Assembly (NCBI RefSeq): GCF_964194155.1 | Contig: NC_135901.1 | Coordinates: 27,280,001-27,344,000, forward strand | From: Cetorhinus maximus | Taxonomy: Eukaryota | Direction: 5' to 3' | Length of the DNA: 64,000 nucleotides | Shown: positions 1-10,869 of the stretch, one piece after another | Layout of the letters: every line of letters starts with the position of its first letter | Position numbering within the stretch: the stretch's first letter is position 1 | Translations under genes and position numbers: made by a program | Notes under the pieces: generated by a model | Seen by the model: the letters and a program-made list of their open reading frames with translations, nothing else | Databases searched by the model: none | Told to the model about the DNA's origin: nothing

Positions 1-119
1 TGACAAATTCCACCCCAGCAGCAGAGACAATCCACAACATTCGAAAACAATCAGCATTAGAAATAAAGCAAACTACAACAATCGAAAAGAAAAGGTCGAC
101 TCTCCCGATCTCCCAATGT

Positions 120-312
120 GTACGGATCCCTTCAAAAATTCCAGGATTCGGATCCTCACCAAAAACAAATCAGTTCTTCCGTGGGCCATATCCAGTCGGC
201 GTACTGAGTTTTGTTAAAATCCATCCATTAGTTTGGGAGATAAATTGTTTACAGACAAACAGAATAACAGGGATGAAAACATTATCTCCGCCCATCTTCA
301 GTGGCAGAGGTA
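120..312 (+). mobile_element. 3' end of a probable non-autonomous Helentron/Helitron2-type element
   Basis: aaaatccatccattagttt...acagacaaacaga...gaaaacattatctccgcc...ggcagaggta resembles the subterminal hairpin-bearing end of fish Helentron-associated elements; recognised from memory only. Confidence 0.4.
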
Positions 313-564
313 CTTTCAGTACATTGAGCAGCCCCGATGTCTATTCTCAGCCAGCATTGCACAGGGGGAAAAGGGCTGGATTCTCAGACCAGCAAGTCAA
401 GGCACCCTCTTTAAATGGCCACTTCCCGCAATGGATTTAGTGGCCTCTGAAGAGAAGCAGCCTCGGTCCACACTGGGAGTTCTTGTGCCCCCCCAGTCAG
501 CTGGCTCATGCTGATTCATGGTCCTGCTGGACAATCTGCCTGGAAGGATAGGAGCGGGTCCATG

Positions 565-960
565 TAAAAAGAAACTTGCTTTCATATAGGGCCTTTAACC
601 ACCTCAGGGCACGTCAATGCGTTTCACTGCCAATGCAGCTCTTTCTCACGTGTAGTCATTGTCGCAAAACTGGCAGCCAATGTTTGCACAGCAAGCTCCC
701 ACCGTCGCCAATGTGACAATGACCAGATCATCTGTTCTTACTGATGTTGACTGAGGGATAAATATCGGGCCCCAGGACACCGGGGGTGAACTCCTCCCCT
801 TCCTGCTCTCCTTTCAATTGTGGCCTTCAATTCAGTCTTGTACATCCACCTGTGAGGGCAGATGGGACCCTCGAGTTAATGACTTACTCGAAAGATGCTC
901 TCCCTCAGTATTGGGACTGGGAGTGTGGGCCCTGGAGTATGGGGGCTCGAGTCTCTGAAG
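565..960 (-). mobile_element. DeuSINE (SacSINE1-like), diverged
   Basis: Reverse complement of the SINE at 54896-55360 (caggacaccggg, gggataaatat, cacagcaagctcccac, tail aagaaacttgc). Confidence 0.75.
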
Positions 961-2145
961 AATGTGTGTGCATCTCAGTGCTTTTCCAGTCACGCTGATG
1001 TTAAAAACCTATTGAATCAGATAGAACAGCCAAACATTTCTCCTTCTAAATTCAAAGGCCAATGAAGTTCAGGTCCTGATGAATCGAGTGACTCTGTCAG
1101 AACTTGATGTGATGTTTGGTTTGAGGTTTCTGTCTACAAATCCTCCCCTTCTGTTATCCTGTAAAAGGAGTTTACAAAAGTCATCACTGTCAGTTCAGAA
1201 CCAACAATTCTAGTTTCTATGGAACATTCTTTCCTGTCTCATTCCCCAAAAGCTGTAAATCACCATCCCACACACCCTCCCTCCATTCTCATTCTATTGC
1301 CGAATGGGCTCCTTCTGTGCCATGATGAGTCTATGACTGGAAATATATTACGTAGCTAATGTACTATTTTACAGGACTAGAAATAATAATAAATGTACTT
1401 TATTACAGAACCATAAATAATATATCTAATATGTACCATATAACAACACGAGACATATCTCTGTTCTTACAATCCCTGTGGAGGCCGATAACCTTAAATT
1501 AAACAAATTTCCAAACAACCCCAATGGAATAAACTGAAGGACAAGGTTTCACTTTTTAAAACCTTTACTATAACAATCAAACTAAAACCCACATAAATGA
1601 AGCATGCATTAAGAGGCAAATCGTATTTGAACAGACAAGATAAATTTGACTTTTAACAGCTCATACAATAAAAACAGATTCCACAAAATCCCCAGCATTT
1701 CCCCCCTCAGCACTAATTCCAGTTACAGAGTCCCACACCTCTCTGTATTTCCCAGGGGGAGGGGAAAGAAAGTGTTTTACTCACAGATGTTGGACACAGG
1801 AGGAAGTGTTAGTCTGTGTGTGAAGCTAAAAACAAAAGCTGTGCTGTTTAAAAGCAAACTGGGAAGAAAATGAAGGGAAGACATTTTGCCAAGTCCCCTC
1901 CCCTCCCCCACTCCCTCAGCTGGCAGCCCAGCACACAGGCGCAGAGAGCGCTGCTGAGCCGAGCTGTCCAGAGCAGGCGCAGTGCGGCTGCTGCCAGTGG
2001 TCACTCTGCATCTTTTTTTGGACCAGCCAGCCACCATAGAAAGGGAGAGGCGGAGTTTTCCGAGCGGCTTCTGGCTCTGGCTGGGGCTGTCAGCCGGTTG
2101 CCTGGAAACCTTGGCTCGAGGAGGTGGAGGGGGAACAATGGATGA
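961..2145 (-). pseudogene. Relic of a ninth ZNF paralog (promoter fragment, exon 1, 5' part of exon 2; fingers missing)
   Basis: 961-1200 matches the exon-2 5' region with ttttacag acceptor near 1160; 1755-1826 matches exon 1 and its gtgagt donor; 2045-2145 matches the promoter at 9040-9135; truncated by the SINE. Confidence 0.75.
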
Positions 2146-2312
2146 GGGTGGGTCTGGCTAGGCCAGCATTTATTGCCCATCCTTAATTGCCCTTCAGAAG
2201 GTGGTGATGAGCCACCTTCTTGAACTGCTGCAGTCACCTGGTGTAGGTGCAACCACAGTGCTGTTAGGGAGGGAGTTCCAGAATTTTGATGCAGCGACAT
2301 TGAAGGAATGAT

Positions 2313-2394
2313 GATTTATTCACAGAGTGAAACAGTACAGGTATATACCTCCTGACTCCATTCCACCCTATGTCAGTAAGTGTGGCTTCATCTG
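2313..2394 (-). mobile_element. Fragment of GalEa-like copia LTR
   Basis: Reverse complement of about 50770-50850 (caggtatatacctcctgactc, tgtcagtaag). Confidence 0.8.
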
Positions 2395-2580
2395 CTCTTT
2401 TAAAGGAAACTAAACCAATGAAATAAACTGACAAAAGGTAGTGACAGCCCCTGGTGGGACACTGTGACATAAACAAACCTTTAATTTAATTCTGCAAGTT
2501 TCCTTTTAAAGTGTGGTACCCGGGGCTGACAATGCACTCCAGCCCCCGCGGTGCCCACAGGTCACAGAAGGCCTCGATCT
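2395..2580 (-). mobile_element. Tx1-like LINE 3' end, copy 1
   Basis: Minus-strand translation EAFCDLWAPRGLECIV, homologous to ETFRDRWAPRGLGCII of ORF 3055-3330; 3' UTR ends aaaagag. Confidence 0.65.
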
Positions 2581-2651
2581 TATGAGGGGAGATTGAGGAA
2601 AGTGGGCCTGTAATCTATAGAGCTTCGAGGACTGAGCGGCGATCTCACTGA

Positions 2652-2748
2652 AACTGAAGAAGGGTCTTAGGGAAACGTTAACTCTGTTTCTCTCTCCACA
2701 GATGCTGTCAGACCTGCTGAGCTTTTTTCCAGCATTTTCTGTTTTTAT
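2652..2748 (+). mobile_element. Penelope-like element terminal fragment with degenerate minimal hammerhead motif
   Basis: CTGAAGA-agggtcttagg-GAAACGTT followed by cacagatgctgtcagacctgctgag, same tail as 46360-46480 in reverse. Confidence 0.6.
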
Positions 2749-2749
2749 T

Positions 2750-2853
2750 GGAGCCAATCTATACTTGGTTTAAATTTATTCACAGAATGAAACATTACAG
2801 GTATATACCTCCTGACTCCATTCCACTCCATGTCAGTTAAGTGTCTCTTTATA
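2750..2853 (-). mobile_element. 3' part of GalEa-like copia LTR (5' part lies at 7431-7514)
   Basis: Reverse complement of about 50772-50875. Confidence 0.8.
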
Positions 2854-4030
2854 CTCTTTTGAGGAAAACAGAACCAACCAATTAGCACAAAGAATAAATG
2901 AAGAAACTAACCAAATTGTTTCCCCATGATAACAAATAAAACGAGAACCAATTGACAAATCAACAGAAAGGTCAAATTAACAAATTAAAGAGGGTAATCC
3001 CTTAAAGGGACACTGTAACTAAAAGCAAAAAATCATAAAGGAAACTTGTCTAATTCAAATTAAAACGTGGTTCTTGGGGGGGGGGGGTGCGTTAATGATG
3101 CACCCCAGCCCCCGTGGTGCCCACCGGTCACGGAAGGTCTCCAGCATGCCTCTCCAGGGACACCCGGCCGGGAACATAGCCGGGGAAGAGGGGCAGACAG
3201 TCGGGATGGACGACCCCTCGACTGCCCACTGCTGGGACCTGTTAATGGCCAGCTCGGCCAGGCTCAGGGGCAGGCTTACAAGGAGGTCCTCCTCCCTCTT
3301 CACCCTCCCCACTCCATACCAGGTGCCCAAAGATCAGGAGCGTGGGGCTGAAGTGCAACCAAAAATTAAGAAAAAGCCCCTTAAGAAAACTGAAAAGGGG
3401 CTGTAATAATCTACTACAACTAACACAGACGTGGTCCATGGACTCCACCAAGCTGTAAAAAACGCAGGCATCTTGAGAGTCTGTGAACCCCCTTAACCTG
3501 CGGTTGTCTGGGACTGCTGCGTGCAACACCCTCCACCCCAGGTCCCCGATGGAAAGGGGAAGGACCCCATGTAGAGAGCCCCCCGCAACTGGGGACCTCC
3601 GCCCCCAAATGGTAAGAGAACACACCAAGGCGTGTCTGGCCGGTGGGCGAAGACAAGGAGTTGAAGGGTGTGCAGCAGCAGCCCAGACAGGAAACCCCTC
3701 CGTGCCGAGCTAAAAGGCACGGAGCGCATTTCCACGAGGCAGCTCAGGCTGTGGGGCCCAGGCTCCCGAGAGAGGGTTTGGGTCTTGGGGCCAATATGGA
3801 ATTCCGTCCGAGCAGGGGTACACTCAGACGGGAACCACCGAGCACCTGAGTGTCCTCTAAGCCACGTGTGCCGTTGGGGCTGAACACCACTGTTTGAAGC
3901 TGCTGGATGACATCGGCCGCGAGCTGGACACCCACTGACGCGCAATGCACCAGTTCAAAGGTCATCCAGCCCACTCCTCCCCCACCCAGCAAATAGAGGG
4001 GGGGGCGGGTTCTGGAGAGGGGACACATAG
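2854..4030 (-). mobile_element. Tx1-like LINE, 3' ~1.2 kb (ORF2 C-terminus and 3' UTR), copy 2
   Basis: Frameshifted ORF2 pieces: LGDLGWRVLHAAVPDNRRL..C, ESMDHVCVSCSRLLQPLF, EEDLLVSLPLSLAELAINRS, FRDRWAPRG; typical of L1/Tx1 C-terminal zinc-knuckle region. Confidence 0.75.
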
Positions 4031-7000
4031 GCTTACAAAGCTAAAGGATATGGCAGTATTGCAGGGCAGCTATTTAGGTAATGATTCCCAGAGTGTGACA
4101 GGAAGGGACAGAGTGTACACACATAAAAAACAGCAGCAAATATGGTCAAAGGTGGGAAAAAAACGGTAAAAGGGCAAAATTAATGGCTCTTTACTTAAAT
4201 GCTCCTAGTGTTCAGAACAAGATAAATGAATTAACGGTAAAAATAGAGGTTAATGGATCTGATCTTATAACCATTGCGGAGACATGGTTACAAGGAGATC
4301 AAAGCTGGGAAGTAAATATTCAGGGGTATGTTACTTTTCGAAAGGACAGGCAGGAAGGAAAGGGTGGTGGGGTAGCTTTGTACAAGAGTAAATAAGTGCA
4401 AGAGCAAGAAATGATCTTGGACTGGAAGATGTAGAATCCATATGGGTGGAGGTAAGAAATAGCAAGGGGAAGAAGACACTGGTGGGAGTGGTCTATAGTC
4501 CCCTCACAGTAGCTCTACTATAGGGTAGAGAATAAATCAGGAGATAATGAAGGCATGTAAAAAAGCCAGTACATTAATCATGGGTGACTTTAATCTTCAT
4601 GTAGATTGGGAAAATCAAATTGGCCGAGGTAGCCACGAGCAAGAATTCCTTCAGGACAGTTTCCTAGAACAATATGTTGTGAATCCAACCAGGGATCAGG
4701 CTATTTTGGATGTGGTAATGGGTAATGAGGCAGGTTTAATAAATGACCTCAGAGTAAAAGATCCCCTTGGAAACAATGGCGATAACATGGTAGAATTTAG
4801 CATTCAGTTTGAGAGTGAGAAACTTGGGTCGGAAACAGCTGTGCTAAACTTAAATAAGGGAATTTCAAGGGAATGAGGGCAGAGTTGACTGGAGTGGACT
4901 GGGGAAGGAGTTTAGCAGAAAAGATGGTTGATGAACAATGGCAGACGTTTAAGAAAATAGTTCATGGCTCACAACAAAGATACATCCCAGTGAGGAAGAA
5001 GGATTCTAGGAAGGGGATAAACCAACCATGGTTAACCAAGGCAGTTCAGAATAGTATCAAATTGAAAGAAAAAACATACAATGTGGCAAAGATTAGTGGT
5101 AAGCCAGAAGATTGGGAAAGTTGTAAAAACTAACAAAAGATTACCAAAAAAAAAGGGAGAAAATAAACTGTGAGGGTAAACTAGTAAGTAATATAAAGAC
5201 GGACAGTAAGAGCTTCTTTAAGTATATAAAAAGGAAGAGAGAGGGAAAAGTGAACAGAGGCCCCTTAGAGAATGAGACTTGGGAGATAATAATGAGGAAC
5301 CAGGAAATGGCAGAGGAGTTGAATACATACTTTGCCTCAGTCTTCACGGTAGAAGACACTAACAGCATTCCAAAAATACTAAATCATCAAGGGGCAAAGC
5401 CGGCGGGGGGAGTGGTGTTGGGGGAGGAAATAAATACAAAAACTATCACCAGAGAAAAAGTACTAGGGGAACTAACGGGGCTAAAGGCCGATAAGTCCCC
5501 TGGACCTGATGGGTTGCATCCTAGGATATTAAAGGAAGTAGCTACAGAGATAGTGGATGCAGTGGTAGTGATCTTCCAAGAATTCTCAGATTCTGGAAAA
5601 GTCCCAAAGGATTAGAAAATTGCCAATGTAACACCCTTATTCAAAATGGGAGGGAGACAAAAAAAAGGTAACTATTTGTTTAACATCTGTCATTGGGAAA
5701 ATATTAGAGTCTATTATAAAGGATGTAATAGCAGAGCATTTAGAAATTCATTATATAATCAAGCAGAGTCATTATGGCTTCATGAAGGGGAAATCATGCC
5801 TGACAAATTTATTTGAATTCTTTGAAGAGCTAACAAGCAGGATAGATAAAGGGGAGCCAGTAGATGTAATATATTTGAATTTCCAAAAGATAAGGTACGG
5901 CACATAAGGCTAATTAATAAGATAAGAGCCCATGGTGTTGGCATGGATAGAGGATTGGGTAACTAATAAAAGACAGAGAGTTGGGATAAGGGGGGCATTT
6001 TCAGCATGGCAACTTGTAACTAATGGGGCACCAAAGGGATTGGTGCCACAATTATTTACAACATATATTAATGACTTGGATGAGGGAAGTGAATGTACTA
6101 TTGCCAAGTTTGCGGATGACACAAAAATAGGTGGGAAGGCAATTGGTGAGGATGACACAAAGAGTCTACAGAGGGATATAGACAGGTTAGATGAGTGGGC
6201 AAAAACTTGGCAGATGGAATATAATGTGGGAAAATGTGAGGTAATACACTTTGGCAGGAAGAATAAAGGAGTTGGAATATTATTTAAACGTAGAAAGACA
6301 ACAGAAAGCTGCAGCACAGAGGGATTTGGGGATCCTCATGTATGAATCACAAAAAGCTTACATACAAGGTCAACAGGTAATAGGGAAGGCAAATGGAATG
6401 TTGGCCTTTATTTCAAAGGGAATGGAGTATAAAAATAGGGAAGTCTTGCTAAAACTAGACAAGACGCTTGTTAGACCACACCTAGAATACTGTGAATAGT
6501 TTTGGTCCCCTTATCTAAGGAAAGATATACTGGCATTGGATTCAGTCCAGAGAATCATTAGGTTGATTCCGGGTATGGAGGGATTTTCTTATGAGGAGAG
6601 GTTTAGTCGGTTGGGCCTGTACTCATTGGAGTTTAGAAGAATGAGAGGTGACCTTATTGAAACATATAAGATTCTTTGGGGACTTGACAGGGTAGATGCT
6701 GAGAGGTTGTTTCCCTTTGCGGGAGAGCCCAGGACTAGAGGGCACAATCCTAGAGTAAGGGGTCGTCCATTTAAGACAGAGATGAGGAGGAATTTCTTCT
6801 CTTAGAGGGTAGTGAATCTGTGGAATTCTTTACCGGAGTGGGCTGCAGAGGCTGGGTCATTAAATATATTCAGGGCTGAGATAGACAGATTTTTAATCAG
6901 TAAGGGAATCAAGGGTTATGGGGGAAAAGGCAGGAAAGTGCAGTTGAGGATTACCAGATCAGTCATGATCTCATTGAAATGCGGAGCAGACCCGATGGGC

Positions 7001-7035
7001 CGAATGGCCTACTTCTGCTCCTATGTCTTAAGTCT
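4030..7035 (+). mobile_element. CR1-clade LINE, near-complete degenerate ORF2 (APE endonuclease + RT) and 3' UTR
   Basis: ORF pieces IAETWL, IMGDFN, KSPGPDGLHPRILKE, KFADDTKIGG, VRPHLEYC, RRMRGDLIETYK; tail ctcctatgtctta. Confidence 0.93.
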
Positions 7036-7055
7036 CCAATTAGTGTGGCTTTATA

Positions 7056-7428
7056 CTCTTTTGATTAAACTAAATTAACAAATCAGGAACAAAGTGAAAA
7101 GCAGCCCCTTAAAGGGATACTGCAAAAAGAAAAACTAACCTTAAAGGAAACTTACAACCTCAAATTAAAATGTGATTTGAGAGATCAACAAAGCATCCCA
7201 GTCCCCACTGTGCCCACCGGGCATGGAAGGCCTCGATGGTGCCGGCGGACACCGCGTCTCCCTCTCCAGGGACACCCGGCCGCGAACGTAGCCACGGAAA
7301 AGAGGCAAACAGGCCATACGACCCCCTCAGTCGCCCGCTGCCTGGACCTGTTGATGACCACCTTAGCCAGGCCCTGCAGCAGGATTATGAGGAGGTCCTC
7401 CTCCCTCCTCACCCTCCTCCACACCGCA
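7056..7428 (-). mobile_element. Tx1-like LINE 3' end, copy 3, flanked by imperfect target duplication
   Basis: ORF 7185-7424 EEDLLIILLQGLAKVVINRSRQRA; flanks agtgtggctttata (7042-7055) and agtgtcactttata (7431-7444). Confidence 0.75.
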
Positions 7429-7430
7429 TG

Positions 7431-7514
7431 AGTGTCACTTTATATGTGCTCAAGTAAGCATCTAATCAATGCCCTCCACCTGTATATGCTTAACCTCAAT
7501 TGATACAATTAACA
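7431..7514 (-). mobile_element. 5' part of GalEa-like copia LTR inserted at the 3' end of ZNF-1
   Basis: Reverse complement reads tgttaattgtatcaattgaggttaag...gagcacatataaag, as at 50702-50778. Confidence 0.85.
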
Positions 7515-8544
7515 GCCACAGTCTGAACAGAAGGCTCTCTAATCGGAGTGACTGCCAAGTTGTCTCAGTCGGTTAGATGACTCTGTGAATCCCTTTCCAC
7601 ACTCACAGCAGGCGAACGGCCTCTCTCCTCCGTGTGTACTTGCCTGTGCTTCTGCAACCTTGATGAATCTGCGAATCCCTTCCCAAACTCAAGAGCAGGT
7701 GAACGACCTCTCCCCAGTGTGAACTCGCTCATGTCTCCCGAGGCTGGAAATACCTTCCCACACTTGGAGCAGGTGAACGGCCTTTCTCCACTGTGAACTC
7801 GTTGGTGTGTCAGCAGATTGGTTGACCGTGTAAATCGTTTTCCACACACGGAACAGGGGAATGGTCTCTCTCCGGTGTGAACCGCCTGGTGTCACAGCAG
7901 GGTTGATAACTGAACGAATCCCTTCCCACACAAGGAACAGGTGAATGGTCTCTTCCCAGTGTGAACTCTCTCGTGCGCCAGCAGGTTGGATGAATGACTG
8001 AATCCCTTCCCACACTCAGAGCAGGTGAACAGCTTCTCCCTCGTGTGTATTCGCTGGTGTCTCCACAGGTTGGATGAAAGAGTGAATCCCTTTCCACAAA
8101 GGAAACATTGGAATGACCTCACCCCAGTATGAACTCGCTGGTGTCTCGCGAGGCTGGATGAATCGCCGAATCCCTTCCCACACACAGAGCAGGTGAATGG
8201 CCTCTCCCTGGTGTGAACTCGCTGGTGTGTCAGCAGACTGGATGATCGAGTAAATCCCTTACCACATTCAGAGCAGGTGAATGGCCTCCCTCCAGTGTGA
8301 ACTGCCTGGTGTCGCAGCAGGGTTGATAACTGAGTGAATCCCTTCCCACAAATGGAGCAGGTGAATGGCCCCTCCCCGGTATAAACCTGCTCGTGCGCCA
8401 GCAAGTTGGATGAGTAAGTGAATCCCTTCCCACACTCGCAGCAGGTGAACGGCCTCTCCCCGGTGTGAGTGCATCAAGTGTTTCGAGTTTAGATGGTGCT
8501 TTGAATCCCTTCCCGCAGTCCCCACATTTCCAGGGTTTCTCCAT
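7515..8544 (-). pseudogene. ZNF-1: C2H2 zinc-finger pseudogene (about 11-12 fingers, frameshifted, LTR-truncated)
   Basis: Starts [14 protein letters not shown]; fingers spread over ORFs 8230-8544, 7892-8404, 7565-7849; most of intron 1 and the acceptor deleted at about 8714. Confidence 0.88.
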
Positions 8545-8865
8545 GGTGCGCGTGTCCTTGTGTCTCTTTAGGTTCTACAATCAAATGAAGTCTCGTCCAC
8601 ACAGAACATGTGCACGGTCTCCCCTCACTGTGCATGGTGATGTTTTTTCAGGCTGTGTAACTGGTTAAAGCTCTTTCCACAGTCAGTGCACTGGAAACAC
8701 TCTCACTCGGGTGTCACAATGTCTTTAAGAGAGAGACCTGGGCCAACCTTTCCAGAGTCTGCACCCTCCCTGGATTCACTTCCTTTCCCTTCAGTTCCTG
8801 CAAGTCAACAATTTGCCCCCAGATTGAGAAAAGAAATGGAAAGGGGGAAACATTGATTTCCTCAC

Positions 8866-9322
8866 AGATGTTGCCCAGAGGAGGAAGTTTCAGTCTGAAG
8901 CTCATTGTCCAACTTCCGCATTGTGACGTCCACAATGGAACCCTGCCTGCATCAGCCAATTGGAATCACTCTGCTCCGCGGTGACGTCCTCTGGTTCCAG
9001 TCTGCAGGCCAGGAGCGCGGACAAGGGAGCCCCGCCCCCACCCATTGTTCCCACTCCCCTTCCACCTCCTCGAGCCAAGGTTTCCAGGCAACCGGCTGAC
9101 GGCACCGGCCAGAGCGAGAAGCCGCTCGGAGAACGCGGGAGAGGGGATGCTGCGCATGTGCGGGGCAGAGCCCGCCCCTACCCGTCATGCTGAGGAGTTG
9201 ACCAATGGGGAAAGTTGGAGGACCGGAAGGACTATGGTCCTCCAGCCAATCAGAGCGCGGGTTTTGTGAAAATGAAGATTGAGCTTCACACAGACTGAAA
9301 CTTCCTCCTGTGTCCAACATCT
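8866..9322. promoter_or_regulatory. Compact bidirectional promoter with divergent non-coding first exons for ZNF-1 and ZNF-2
   Basis: Outward-facing caacatct|gtgag donors at 8865 (-) and 9323 (+); CCAAT boxes (about 8957, 9202, 9246), TGACGTC x2, GC boxes, RFX-like GTTTCCAGGCAAC 9080-9092, NRF1-like TGCGCATGTGC 9151-9161, ETS-like ACCGGAAG; CpG-rich. Confidence 0.7.
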
Positions 9323-9699
9323 GTGAGTAAAACACTTTCTTTTCCCCCCCTTTCCATTTCTTTTCTCATTCTGGGGGGAAATTGTTGACTTACAGGAACT
9401 GAAGGGAAAGGAAGTGAATAAATTTAAAGGAGAATCACATTTGTTTTGAAAATGCTTGTTTTTTTTAGACCCCAAGGGGATCAATGTTGGGTCTCTGGTA
9501 TCTGCCCGGGTGGGGGGAGGGGCATCAGACCTGGCCTCAGTGCCACAGGAGGCAAAGCCGGGGTTCCTGCTCCTCACAGTGATCCCCCGGCTGGGAGGGA
9601 GCCTGGGGTCTTATTCATCAAGAATATGCCCCCCTCACGTCGGTCCCAGAGGGTCATTCGGCAAATGGTGGAGCCAGCGTGCAGCCAGTGCCAGGGTGC

Positions 9700-10305
9700 A
9701 CGTTGAGAGGCTGTTTCCTCCGGCTGGGGAATCTAGAACACGGGGGCACAGTCTCTGGATAAGGGGCCGATCATTTCAGACTGAGATGAGGAGAAATTTC
9801 TGCACTCAGAGGCTTGTGAATCTTTGGAATTCTCTTATCCATCTGGTTCACCAAAGCCTTTCAGGGAAGGAAATCTGCCGCTCTTACCTGGTCTGACCTA
9901 CATGTGAATCTGGACCCACAGGGATGTGGCTGACCCTTAACTGCCCTCAGAAATGGCCGAGCAAGACACTCAGTTAGACCAAACCGCGACAGAAAAGTCA
10001 CTCCTGATGGACTGCAGAGACTCACAAGGTGGCTCAGCCCCAACTTCTCAAGGGCAACTAGGGAGGGGCAACAACTATTGGCCTTGCCAGTCACACCTAC
10101 ATTACATGAAAGGATAATAAAAATCCCAGAGTGTTGTGGGTCCTCAGTCACTGAGTATATTTGAGCGAGACAATGATAGATTTTTGAATATTATAGGATG
10201 AAAGGATTTGGGGACAGTGCAGGTCAGGCATGATCTTACTGAATGACAAAATAGGCTTGAGGGGCTGAATGGCTTCTTCCTGCTCCTATTTCTTATGTTC
10301 TTATG
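9700..10305 (+). mobile_element. CR1 3' fragment interrupted by a partial SINE (about 9840-10110), in ZNF-2 intron
   Basis: RTRGHSLWIRGRSFQTEMRRNF, CR1 tail cttatgttcttatg; SINE body gggaaggaaatctgccg. Confidence 0.75.
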
Positions 10306-10869
10306 TTACCAAAATCATCAGGAGAGAATGGGAATAATTAAAATGTCGAATAATCATTGAGGACAGAAGGAGGGAGGGCAGTGAGTGTGGGTGGGTGGAT
10401 GGGTGGGGAGGATTTACGGATGAGATGGACAAACAATTGAATCCAATCTGTTCTGAATTTGTATTCTGTACTCACAGTGATGTATTTTGTAAACTCCTTT
10501 TACAGGACATTAGAAGGGGAGGACTTACAGACAGAAATTTCAAATGAAACGTGACCTCAGGATCTGATAGAATCACTCAATTCATCGGGACCTGAATATC
10601 ATCGGCCTTTGAATCTAGAAGGAGAAATGTTTGTCTGTTCTGCCTCCTTCAAAAGATTTTAAAAATAAGTGTCACTGGAAAAGCACCGAAACACACACAC
10701 CCGAGTGAAAATGTTTCCAATGCACTGACTGTGGAAAGAGCTTTAACCAGTTACATAGACTGAAAAACATCACACCATTCACAGCGGAGAGAAACCTCTC
10801 ATGCATTCGCTGTGAGGATGAGGTATGAACTGATCGTCAAATCTGGAGAGACACAAGGATACTCACACC

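Noticed and set aside
10831-10833. Selenocysteine recoding of the conserved leader TGA
   Set aside because: One paralog has TAA, upstream fossil fingers carry further stops and frameshifts, and no SECIS was recognised
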